The position numbers and the translations under genes are program-made. A DNA stretch of 64,000 bases, taken from positions 124,001-188,000 of the forward strand of contig ML996708.1 of NCBI GenBank assembly GCA_010356995.1, given 5' to 3'. Below the pieces are notes generated by a model that did not search any database, was not told the DNA's origin, and saw only the letters and a list, made by a program, of their open reading frames with translations. Numbering within the stretch: position 1 is the stretch's first letter; each line of letters starts with the position of its first letter. The stretch comes from Trichodelitschia bisporula (taxonomy: Eukaryota). Positions 13,025 to 24,466 of the stretch are shown here, piece after piece.

Positions 13025-13818
13025 ATGAGCACAATGTCTTCCGAAACGCCCGTCCTCTCCCCCACGAGCACGGCCCCCACCCCTCCTACAGGCCAGAGCC
13101 TCCCCCACCGCCCACCCACCCTCCCTTCCTCCACCAACGCCTCCCGCCGCGCAAGCCAAATCAACCCCATGGCCCCGCCGCCGCTCCCCTTCTCCTCGCC
13201 CACGGGCATGCCCCTCACACCCACGAATTCGATTCCGTTCCCCGCGCTGACGCCGACGCATACCATGGAGACGGGCATGCCGTCGCGGCATCCAAGGCAG
13301 ATGACCCCGGCGGAACTGCATTTGGAGCTGGAGAAGGAGCAGGAGGCTATGGTGAGTTTCGTGTTTGAGTAGTGGTTGGGATGGGATGGGGCTGACGCGG
13401 ACAGGTTAATCGGCTTACGCGCGAGCTTACGGCTTTGCGTGCACATTCGGCTAGTGTAGCTAGTACGGCGAGTTCGACGTCTACGGCGCCTGTGCCGAAT
13501 GTGCTGGGTACGGGGGAGGGGGCGGGGGCGGGGGAGACGCGGAGGGCGAGGAGCTCGAGTGCGGCGAGTCAGGGGATTATGCCGCCGATGGCGGGATATG
13601 GGAGTGTGCCTAGCGGCAGGATGGGGAGTGGAGCGGGTGGAGCGGTGCAAGGGACGAGCCGGTATGAGGAGGTTATGATGCACAAGGCGGAGATGGAGGA
13701 GGCGAGGCGAGAGAATGAGAGGCTGAGGAAGAGGGTTAGGGAGCTGGAGGCGCTGGTGAAGGAGAAGAAGGGTGTGTCGTCGCCGGATTGCGACGGGGGG
13801 AAGGTCAAGGAGGGCTAG
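13025..13818 (+). CDS. Conserved fungal coiled-coil protein of unknown function; intron 13352-13404
   Basis: Splicing GTGAGT...GCTGAC...CAG joins AELHLELEKEQEAM|VNRLTRELTALR; C-terminal coiled coil RYEEVMMHKAEMEEARRENERLRKRVRELE. Confidence 0.8.
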
Positions 13819-14431
13819 GTTTGTGTGCTGGTTTTTGTGAGGGGAAGGGAAAAATGGTCAGCGTGATCATGGTGCTATGGTTTCGGTATGCTTATGGTGC
13901 GGTATCGGCGCAGTGTTAGATGGCCTTGATATCGCGAGGACTTGAGGGTTTGTTTTCTCTATGCCAATTGATAGCAGATCTTCCGGTCTACTTTCTCACG
14001 ATCACGGATTCACCGTAGCAGTTGGCAGTACGCGGTTTATCTCTTGATATAATTAAGAAGAAATTCTACTTCAAGTTACCCGCTTCTTATGTCCTCTTCC
14101 TTGATATGCTGACGAATCCCCCGCACTTGGTTTGCCCCGCACCCCACACCCCTATCCGGCTAGACCAGGCTGCACCGCGGGAGCGGCTGGCCCCGCGATA
14201 ATGGAACGCGGGGGCGCCGCCAGACGTCCACCACGCCACTTCAGCCGCCCCGTCTGGCATTGCCGATACGAGAATCAGCCTCGCGATACGAGAGTCAGCC
14301 TCGCAGTGCGGGGTATAAAACCCTCGCTCTTCCCTCGCTCCTCCAGGCTTCGAGCCCACCGAGCGCCAACGGATTTCCTTCCGCCCGCTTCATACCTACC
14401 GTCTTCCAACATCCCTCCCACCATATACAGC

Positions 14432-16072
14432 ATGGCTGGGCCTATCCCACGCATCGCAATCCTAGGCGCCGGCTCCCGTGGCCGCGCCTACGCCCGCGCT
14501 CTCGCCGGCACACAAAGCACCATCATCGCCATCGCCGAGCCGCACGCCTTCAAGCGGTCCACCTTCGTGTCGAATTTCATCCGCGGGGAGCGCTGCGACC
14601 CCACCGTGCCGGGCGAAGCCTTCGCCAGCTGGGAAGACCTAGTCGCGTACGAAACCACCCTACGCTCGAAACTCGCCGCCGGGGAAGAAGTGGATCGTGC
14701 GCCAGCGGATGCGTTCATCGTGTGCGTGCTAGACGAGCAGCACCCGGCAGTAGTTAAAGCTCTAGCACCGCTCGCCGCGCATGTGCTGTGCGAGAAACCC
14801 CTCGCGCCGAGCCTGGGTGCTTGTTTGGGGATGTATGCGGACGTGGTGCGTGGATGGAAGGATGCCGGGCGCGAGGGGGTGTTTGGGATTTGTCATGTGC
14901 TGCGGTACAGTCCGCATAATATGTTGCTGAGGAGGTTGGTAAGGGAGGAGAGTGTTGTTGGGGGGGTGGTGAGCGTGGAGCATACTGAGCCCGTGGGGTG
15001 GTGGCATTTTGCGCATAGTTATGTGCGGTGGGTCGCGTTTCCCCTTCTTACCATATAAGTCGCTGACACTCCTGCTAGGGGGAACTGGCGGAGGGAAGAC
15101 ACGTCCGCGCCAACGCTGCTTACGAAGAGTTGTCATGACATTGACTTCTTGCTTTGGCTGCTGGCCACGCCGCCGAGCGACACGCCGGATGCGAAGCCCC
15201 ATTTACCTGCTACGGTCACGAGCTCGGGAACACTGACCCTGCATCGCCGGGCTAGAAAACCGCGCGGGGCGGGGGAGGCGACGAATTGCCTCTCCTGTCC
15301 CGTGGAGCCTACGTGCATCCACAGCGCGAAGAAGGTGTATGTGGAGCGGCATCTGCGCGGCGGAAACACGGGGTGGCCGGTGAGCATCGTTGTTCCTGAG
15401 ATCGAGGACGTGCGCCGGTCTTCTGGCCCCGAAGCCGCGGAGCAACGGCTCTTGGAGGTGTTGGGGGAGGATTATGGCCCCGAGACAGGGGATGAGAAAG
15501 TGAAGGGGCGGAATTGGTTTGGGCGGTGCGTGTTCGAGGCGGATAATGATGTGTGCGATGACCAGACCGTTGTTCTGGCGTGGGAGGATGGGGAGGGGGT
15601 GGAGGAGATGGGTGTGGGGGGGGAGGATGATCCGCTGGGCTGGCGGGCGGCGAAGACGGCGGTTTTTCATATGGCGGCGCAGAGTGAGGCGGTTTGTGAG
15701 AGGAGGGGGAGGGTGTATGGCACAAGGGGGGAGGTGGTGTATGACTCCACGACTATTGCCGTGACGGATTTCCGCACGGGCGAGACGAAGACGTATAAGC
15801 CCGAGGCTGCGGCGGGAGGGCATGGAGGGGGTGATGCGGGACTGGCGGGGAATTTTGTCAGTGCGGTGAGGGCGGCGATGGGCGGCCGCCCGGCGAGGGA
15901 GGCGCAGAGGGAGTGGCTTGGGTGTAGTCTTGAGGAGGTGGTTAGGAGTCATGCGCTTGTTTTTGCGGCGGAGGAGGCGAGGGTTGAGGGGGGAGTTGTA
16001 AGGTGGGGGGAGTGGTGGGGGAGGGAGGTTGAGGGACGGCTGAGGGATATGGGTGTTGAGGGGGGGTTTTGA
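14432..16072 (+). CDS. Gfo/Idh/MocA-family NAD(P)-dependent oxidoreductase; intron 15028-15078
   Basis: IAILGAGSRGRAY Rossmann motif, VLCEKPLA, HVLRYSPHN, spliced HSYVR|GNWRRE, LLTKSCHDID and GGHGGGD. Confidence 0.92.
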
Positions 16073-16732
16073 GGTTGATAAGGATTTATGGGCAAGACTG
16101 GAGTGATATGGCACTGCTATGAATGAATGAGGGCTCGTAATTGAGGACACGAGGAAGATGAACGGATTGGAAGGTATTATATCTAGGTTCAAGCCAGTCG
16201 AATGGGCGTGATATCATGAAGGACTAGAGTACAGACCCAAAGAGGCCGGTAGCGCTCCTACAGACTGTCCAACCGCTGTCAGGGAGGAGCGAGGCCATGT
16301 CTTCTTTTGTCCCTTAGCTAAGCGGTGCTAGATCGGCTCCATTCTCAGTATTAGTACAGGAACTTCCCATTTCTCTTCAGGGCCGTCTCTCTCGTCCCTC
16401 GGAGCTCCGATATAGATCTCTTCCCACATCATACATGTCCGATGCTCACTCTTCTCAAGACAACGCGCAAACTCATTCTGGAGTAGGAAACACATCATTG
16501 AAGCTTGATCTCACACTAGTTCTAAAGGCCGTTCACTTCATATCGCCCTCCTCATCATCGGCTTGCCGGTGCGTCCGAGCCAAGCAGAGCTCTGCAGTCG
16601 CCATCCATTCAATGACGGATCCCCGTGATGTCTCCACGGTCGAAGAAGCATCATTCAGTGAGGAAGACTCCGCGGCACCCATTTACCCGACCGCGCCCAG
16701 CTCTTCAGCCACAACACCCAGCAAGCCGTGTC

Positions 16733-19001
16733 TCACTCGCACACATACTTCCATCCGTCAACCGTCTTCTCCAGCGTCACAACCGTCCCCGTCGCTACGA
16801 GTTCCAGCTCCGCCAGGCTCCAGACCGGCCCGCCAAGGTTCTGCCCCTGACCGGCGTACAGGAGCGGCAGGATATCCGACTTCCAAAGTGGCTGGTCGCG
16901 GTATCTGACTCTAACTGACTGCACGGCCACCGTGCACAGCAACACCGCCCCCAACAGTAGCAGCGTCGCCGGCATCGCCAGCCACCATGGAGCAAACTCG
17001 GTGCAAATGGCCGTTTGGAACGCCCTGCCCACTACCACCTCGCTCTTGTTCGTGTGCTTGTCCACGCCAAGGAGACGGAGCTGCGTCGTCACTGCATCCG
17101 CCACGGCCCCCATAGTACTAGAAATGCTCCCGTACGTCGCGTTCCCGGAGTTGAACATGCCCGTCAGCCACCATAGGTGTTCCGATATTGAGTCGGGCGG
17201 GGGGCCTGTGCACGAGACCGATTCTCGGCTGACGGGCTCAAGAAGGTTCTGGGGAATGTGGCATGTGCCGTTGAGCATGGTTTCGAGGAAGCTTGCGATG
17301 GTGTTGTCAAAAAAGTCCCGGATGATGTTGATACAGTTCATGGGCACCACCGTTGTGAGGCCGTCAGGGAAGTGCGCGGTAAAGGTATCGTTGCCGTAAG
17401 TTAGGGTTTCCGCTTTCCAAAGTTCAACGCGGCTTCCGTGGATGTGGCACGTAGTGTTGAGCCCGGCAACGCCAACGCCGTACTTAGTTTCTTCGATGTA
17501 CCATGGGGCAGGGACGTCGGCCAGCACATTTTCAACGAGATTGCCGTTTTCGACTGTGGCGTTGTAGTACCGGGTGCATGGGTAGAACACGCATGTGGAC
17601 GCAACATACCTAAAGTCAAGTATGGGGGTATGGTCTTCGGGGCCCAAGTCGTACCCACAATCCCACTCCCCGCCTGAACGACCCGCGCAGCCAACAGACG
17701 TACTCGTCAGCATCGTCCACTTGATAATGGACGGCCCTTTTGAGACGGCTTTGAGCCGGGCCGGCGCTGTAGGCAGCCATGGTAGCCATTCCAGCGAGTC
17801 ATCGAATTGGACTACAATGCTGGGTGCGGACAGGTTAGGCCCGGATATGACGGGGATGTGCAACCCATTTGGCAGCTTCGGAATCTTTGTAGTCACGTTT
17901 CCGGCATCTGACACTGCCCACGCGGGTACCCACTCTATCAGGTTGGTTGCATCGATGCATTGAGTGCATACTCCAATCGTGGAGTAGGCGACGCCGTTTC
18001 CGTTCCCAAAAGTGCAGTTTCCGGTAGCGCAACCGTCAAGGACCTGCGCCGTGCCTTTCGCGCTTGATGTATAGCCGGAACTAGTGTTGAGAGGAGAATT
18101 TGCTATGGCATCGAGAATGGCACTTGCGCCCACGCTGTCGAGATTGTAATCTGTCTCGAGGTCGACGGTATCGGGAATTGAGTTGGCAATGCGAATGGTT
18201 GGGTGCAAGTGGGAGAGGGGCTTTTGGCAGTTGACCGAGTGGAGGGCCTGCTGGGAGAAGGGGCCGATGGCAAGGGAGAGGATTGTGATTAAGCCTCCCA
18301 GATGAGCGACGGACCTGGACCGTTAACCTTCGCGACACGACTGATTGGAATACGCACAGCGAGCGGAGACGAAAGAAGAGAAAGAGCGACCCTAACGGCC
18401 CGCGGCTGGCAGCGTCGAACAGAGACAAATGCTGAAGGGGTCGCGGATCACAGTGCCAGTACCATTTCAGCTGGCTGATTGCTAGTCTCGGTCAGCCCTG
18501 GACGAGCGTTGAGCAACTCGATGGGGACACACCTGCTTCGACGGCGGTGCTCAAGCACATTCGCAGAAGAGTAGACATCACCGCAATGATTGTAGACAGA
18601 TTGATGCTATATCGCCACGACGGTTGTCTCTTGCCGTTGTAGACTGCCAGAATGGTGGAGATGGCGGACAACAGCGCAATGGCAATGAGAAGCGAGAGCC
18701 CTTCAAGCCACCATCCCTGCAGGGCAGTTCGTTTCTCACTTTTGACGCTCGGTGCCGACTCGATGGTAGCCGATGCTGCCGGGGGGTGCAAGTCGACAGA
18801 GAACTGGCGTAACTCGAACACGTCGCCCGCTCTGTTTCCCGAATGTAAAGCGGCCGGGGTTGTTTGTGGACAAAGCGGACGTGATGATGTCTGATGCTGT
18901 TCATGAACGGTACCGTTGTCTTCGCCTTCGCTCAGTCCTGATACAGGCGATCCGGCCCTGACCTCGCCGTGTTCCGCGTGACCGTGCCGACACCTCTCCA
19001 T
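16733..19001 (-). CDS. DUF3176-like fungal membrane protein (intact copy); introns 18482-18532 and 18315-18357
   Basis: WWLEGLSL...SINLSTIIAV, AISQLKW, FDAASRGPLGS, AIGPFSQQA, C-x-TGNCTF...YSTIGVC, and C-terminal WWLAMPA-TM-PLWKS motifs typical of this family. The start codon is uncertain. Confidence 0.85.
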
Positions 19002-19303
19002 AACAAGCCGAGCGAGCAGAGACGAGGTGGTTCCAAGGCCGACGACTCTGGGTTCGTGAAGGTGAGGGAAAGCTAGGGAAAAGAGAAGGCGGACTCTAGG
19101 ATGTGATCAGGCTGGAGGCACGAGGTCGGAACCCGCCAAGCCAGCTGAGCCTCACAGCTCCGCCTTGTTTGCACAGCCAGTAATACACGATTCGGGAACA
19201 GTCAATTATTGTTTGTCTGTATAGATATTCATCCTGCAGTGACTGGGTGTATACCGTCATTGCTCGGTCTGACAATTATGGACGAGGCTGAAACGGGACG
19301 ATG

Positions 19304-19511
19304 TCATGGGCCAGGCCAAGGGCTAGGTAAAAAAGTCGTGTCACCACTCTGGTGGCTGTTGTTAGATGCCACCGACGAATGCTTACCACGACTTTTTCAC
19401 CTAGCCCTTGGCCGTTAGGACCCTTAGGGTGGTGTCCCTGGCGTACCAGATGAATGCTTGGCAAAGGATCCTAACAGGGCCCTGATACCTGCACGGATGT
19501 TTGGCCCGTGA
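19304..19511. repeat. Nested inverted-repeat / multi-hairpin element
   Basis: 27-bp inverted repeat 19314-19340/19387-19413 (1 mismatch); 12-bp inverted repeat 19414-19425/19464-19475 (1 mismatch); closing pair 19304-19313/19502-19511. Confidence 0.85.
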
Positions 19512-20596
19512 TTATGATAATGACTGATGCGGTCGGGATGGGATGACTGGATGACGCTTCGCTTCGCTACGATATAATGTTTTGGGATGGGTTGGGCCGC
19601 TTGTTCGGTTGAATTGATGAGTGCTCTGCTCTATTCTGGCGGCGTGTACTCCGTAGTGTTCTCGTTAACCATCGGTCCAGGTTCGCGGAGCCGCTCGGCC
19701 ACGGTCCGTTCCGTGGCTGGTCGGATCGGGATACCATTCGGCCGGATCGAAGGTCCAAAGGCTGGTACAAGAATTCGTTGCCGTGCCCCCTCTCCAAATT
19801 TGGTCGGGAGGGCGGCAACTAATGTGGTTATGGAAGAAGCCTTCTTATGTAAGCAGGGACGTGATGTAATACGAGTATGATAGAAAGGAAGGAGCAAAGG
19901 AGTATACTTGGCATCGTGTATTTATACCTCGAGAGTCTCTAACTCTCTGACTCTCCTTGTCTTTCATTCAACTCTTTCCCAATAACCATATTGTATACAC
20001 GTGCCGTGAACCTGTCTCTACATCAGTAACCACCTTTTGTACCAGCCCTTGGTCTCTGGTCTCCCATGGCAGTGTTCGCATAGCCCTGTGATATGCACGG
20101 CGATACTTCAGCTTCGTCGCATTCTCGAGTCTCTCTGCAGTGCAACATTGGCTCCGAGACCGCATCTGCGAGAGCTCAAGCATCTATTCGGCTCTCTGAG
20201 CCAAGAGGCGCACAACGTACAGCCCGTCGACGTGGCGGGCCCATGCGCAGTACGTCTCTCCTCACTGCCCTGGATGGCAGCCCTCATCCGGGGTGGCGCT
20301 CAGCTGAATCAACGGCAAGCCTGCGGTGGGCGGCAGACACTTCTTCAATCAGCACGTGAGGCTCATGCTAAGTGAAAAAGTGTCTGTCCACCGCAGCCTT
20401 GCCCAAGCTCTGGTACCGCCGGTTCTTATCTCCCCGCAGCTCCGCCTCTATGTAGTCTCGCAGCCACTTGGTTAATGGCTGTGAGGCAGACGCGGGGTAT
20501 GGCGGTTTGGGGGACCGTGGGACGGATACAAGATGGAGACGGCCGCACTTCTGACTTGGAAGCACTTCAGTCGCATGGTTTTGTCGCCTTGCTGAA

Positions 20597-22713
20597 ATGA
20601 CGAAATATCAACACGTTGCTGCGGACGAAGAGAGCGTCGGAGATCAAGCGACCGTCGTGCACACTAGACCCAGCGATAGAGAGGATGACGGACCTCGTGT
20701 CGCCGTGCACACTCGACCCGAACACCACGAACACTGAAACGGCACCGAACCGCGAGTGCCCCTGCATACTAGACCCAGAGATGGAGAGGATCCTGGATCT
20801 CAACCGAACATGCACACTGAAGCCGACGGCGAAGCCAAACTCGAGCTCCCAGCATTTCGCCCCGCGCTGGTGCCAACAAGCCCGATCGTCCTAGCGATGG
20901 AGTCGGATCTCTCCCTAGGACATACCGGGCAGGACTCGGCCAAGGGTTCGACCAAGACATTGCACTCCTTGAAAGGATGGTGGACGCAAGCTGGTGCTCT
21001 TCTTGTCAGCTTCAATTTGCTGGCTGTCATAATCAGCCTTCTGATGAAGTACAATCACGAATTGCAGCCGCAGTGGAAGTACAGCATCAACTTGAACACG
21101 GCGGCTGCCGCGCTATCGACAATTATCCGAGCATGCTTGGTCTCGGTTGTCGATGAAGGTCAGTCCGTTCTCATTCCTTCAGTACATACTGAATAAGAGC
21201 AGTAATTAGTCAACTAAAATGGTACAGGCACCGCCAGCCTCCACCGCTTCAACACATCTCGTACTTTGATAGTGCCAGCCGTGGGGTATGGGGTGCAGTG
21301 CTGTTCCCCTTTCGTATCCGGTCACTGTAAGTGCCCTTCCGAACGCAATCATAGACTAATCCTACAGTTCTTTTGCTCAAATTGAATGCTTTCTTACTGT
21401 CGCTTCGTTTGCTATCGGGCCGTTTACGCAACAAGCTATTCGCTCAGTCCCTTGTTCAAGACCTGCTCCAGATATGTGCCCCTTCTTGCCGGTTGCGAGT
21501 AATATCATGCGGTCGCGGGAAATAATTACTGATGAAGCCACTGGGTTTTCTATTGATGCCCCAAGCAAAGGTGCCATCCTCAGTGCTATGGTAAACCCGC
21601 CTTGGAACCAATCCGTTCACCTTCTCGGCGACTGTGGAACCGGGAACTGTACTTTCCCAGAAGCGGATGGCATTACACATTCTACGCTTGGGATGTGCAC
21701 TAAGTGCGTGGATACAACGAGCTTGCTGAGGAGGCTCAATGAAGTCTATGCCGACAATACGGTACTCCTTACCGTGGGTCTACAGGATATCGGACTGCTA
21801 GTCCAGCCCTTCTTTGACCAGGGCCAGGCAAGCGCTTTCTTTTACTCTTTGGATTGGATGCTGCACATGGCCGACGACGGATTCAAAGAAACTGTTTCTA
21901 ATTCAATTGCAAATTGGTCAGTCGTCACATCTTCACTTAAAGGATGCCAAGTGGAGAGCACCGACCCCGACGTTAAGTATCCATACCACTAGAATTGTGG
22001 CTCTCATGGGCAAAATGCGACGTACGAGGACCAGTGGAGCCAATTTATACCCTACAAGTATATCTCCACAACCTGCACAATTTACCCATGTACGAGGCAC
22101 TACATCAATGCGATGTGTTCGTACCTTTCTCGGGTTCTCCCAGGCACCTGCCAGATGCACAACGTGTCCCAGACCAACTATACTTCGGCTGCTGACACCC
22201 GCTCCTACCGCAATTTTTCGGATTGCTCTACAGGCCAGATTAGGGAGGCGTGGTGGCTCCCTGGCTTCTACAACAGCGGGAGCGCAACTCACGAGACCAT
22301 TTCACGCACGCTCAGCAACATGGCCGACGCGATGGCGGCGTGCATGCGAGTGGCTGGCAGCAAATTCGACGAGAGCAGCAAAGTCGGCGTGGGCAGTGGC
22401 CGGGTGTATGGCACAGCCTTGGAGACGACCATATGCACGGAGTTCAATCCCTGGTGGATGGCCATGCCGGCTGGGGCGCTCGTGCTGGGGAGCGTGTTCC
22501 TGGCCGTCGCGGTGGCGCAGGCGATGCGCGCGGAGCAGCCGCTGTGGAAGTCGTCGGTCCTGCCGCTTGTGTTTGCGGGCGGACTGGGGCCGGCGGGGGA
22601 TCTGGACGAGCTGGAGGCGGTTGGCCAAGGGGGTGGATGTGCAGCTGGTGCGGGCGGGGGAGGGGTGGGAGTTTGTGGACGGGGCGCGGGTTGGACGGGC
22701 CGAGCCCGCTTAG
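20597..22713 (+). pseudogene. Disabled DUF3176-like paralog; introns 21159-21202 and 21327-21367 at the same positions as in the intact copy
   Basis: Same motifs (SINLNT, ISQLKW, FDSASRG, AIGPFTQQA, CGTGNCTF, WWMAMPA, PLWKSS). Lesions: in-frame TGA 20735-20737, TAG 21990-21992, a large in-frame deletion after PCTRHY, and a frameshift near 22620. Confidence 0.85.
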
Positions 22714-23347
22714 GTTCGTGCTGAGTACGCTGTTGGTGGGCTATTTGAGGTGTAGACGCTGGTGTTTAATGAACAATTTCTTGGGAAAGGTGGCTTCCAT
22801 TGGGTGCAGTCTAGTGAAAGAAGTGTAGGAGGAAAGCAATTGGGATAGTCCTGAATGTCGTTTTTGATCGTGGGCAAGGCATCGGCGCCATACGATCCGC
22901 CAAATGGACGGAGAGAGTCGGTCACACTGCTTTGTACTCGGAGACCACGAGACGGGATGGTAGATGAGTGTCCAGATCTACTGTGCCTCTTCACAAACGG
23001 TTAATGGAGCATGCGATGCTGCTGGGTTGATATCGAAGCCCCGTCTATCCTTTCTGTTACCGGTACCATGGACATGGATTTCACGGCCCTTGGTTTACTA
23101 CCATCTCTGGAGACGAAATGTCAACCCTTCTCCGCCTCACCCCGAGAGCGGCGGCTGGGAGCGAGGTCCGCCATGCGCTGAATGGTCTTTGAGTGCATCG
23201 ATTCAGATCTTCTTCTAGCCTTATCTAGCACAACATTAGCATTACACCTCACTTGACGCCATCCCATACCTTCCTGATGTTTGAGTTCCTCCCTTCACAG
23301 CCTTCTTCCAGCGTGATGTATCAACCCCATCATAACCATTCCCACCA

Positions 23348-24193
23348 TCACTCCCCCCCATCCCAAACCTTAGCATGCCTAAAATACTTCATACCCACCC
23401 AAGCAACCACAACCCAAACCCAAGCCATAACCCCCGTCATAACAATAAGCGCCGGATAATACCCCACAATCGGCAACGTCGGATCATCCTCCAGCTCCGG
23501 CGGCGCATACGGCGTCTCCCCCACATCCCACGCCCAGCTCCACACATCCAAACAGCTCCCCATGCCTACCACGAAGACCACCCAGGTGGAGAGGAGCACC
23601 ACCCAGCCCCACCACGCTGTGTTACTGTAGTCGTGCCCGCCGGCTTCGATTACGATGGCAGCGTCGGGGCGCACTGTTCCCGCGGCCCGCGAGGACCGGC
23701 GCCGGCTCAGACCCAGCGCAGCGCCGGACACGGGGCTAACGCGCATGCTTAGCCCTTCGTCGTCGTCGGTTGTGCTGGCGTAGCGGGACGCGGGGCTGGT
23801 TGCCGGGCTTGTGGCTGTGGTGCTGGGCGGGGATATTAACGTTGCGGGCGTCAGCAGCGCGGCGGCATGAATATCCAGCGAGAGGGGCGGCGGGGGCGCG
23901 GGCCAGGGCCGCCGCGGCGATGGCTCCGCGATGGTGGTGGGGGAGGTGGTGGTGTGGAGGGAGGGTTCGGCGGCATCGTGACGCAGGCGCCCGGTGCCTA
24001 GGAGGGCGGTTTTGCGGAGCGAGCCTTTGCGGCGCCGGGTTTTGATGCTGCTTGTGCTGCTTGGGGGGGCATCGTCGCTTGTGGATGGGGGTTCTGAGGG
24101 GTGCGGGCGGAGGAAGGGGAGGCGGGAGAGGATGCTGGCGGAGGGGGTGCGTTTGTGGGAGAGGGAGGGGGGTGATGAAGGGGCGGCGTCCAT
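23348..24193 (-). CDS. PIG-Y/Eri1-like subunit of GPI-GlcNAc transferase with a long disordered N-terminus
   Basis: C-terminal two-TM domain WWGWVVLLSTWVVFVVGMGS...LPIVGYYPALIVMTGVMAWVWVVVAWVGMKYFRHAK; first ATG (MDAAPSS) at 24191-24193. Confidence 0.8.
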   Translation of the reverse strand: MDAAPSSPPSLSHKRTPSASILSRLPFLRPHPSEPPSTSDDAPPSSTSSIKTRRRKGSLRKTALLGTGRLRHDAAEPSLHTTTSPTTIAEPSPRRPWPAPPPPLSLDIHAAALLTPATLISPPSTTATSPATSPASRYASTTDDDEGLSMRVSPVSGAALGLSRRRSSRAAGTVRPDAAIVIEAGGHDYSNTAWWGWVVLLSTWVVFVVGMGSCLDVWSWAWDVGETPYAPPELEDDPTLPIVGYYPALIVMTGVMAWVWVVVAWVGMKYFRHAKVWDGGE

Positions 24194-24466
24194 TGGAATT
24201 AGAGTCGGAGTGGTGGCCGGGTGAGATACGTAGACTTGAGTGTCGTTGATGATGCCGCGAGGTCGCGCCGCGGCGATGCCTCGCCGTCGCAAGGCATCAG
24301 GCAACAATTTACATCCCTAGCAACACTCAAAGGGGTCGCCCGCGCTGTGTTTACCACGTACACCACCAGATCTTTATACATCACTCTCTTTCTCAACATA
24401 CACCGCCGCCTCTCCCTCGGCATGCCCACACACTCCTTTCAAACCTAAACCCCCTCGTCATCCCCA

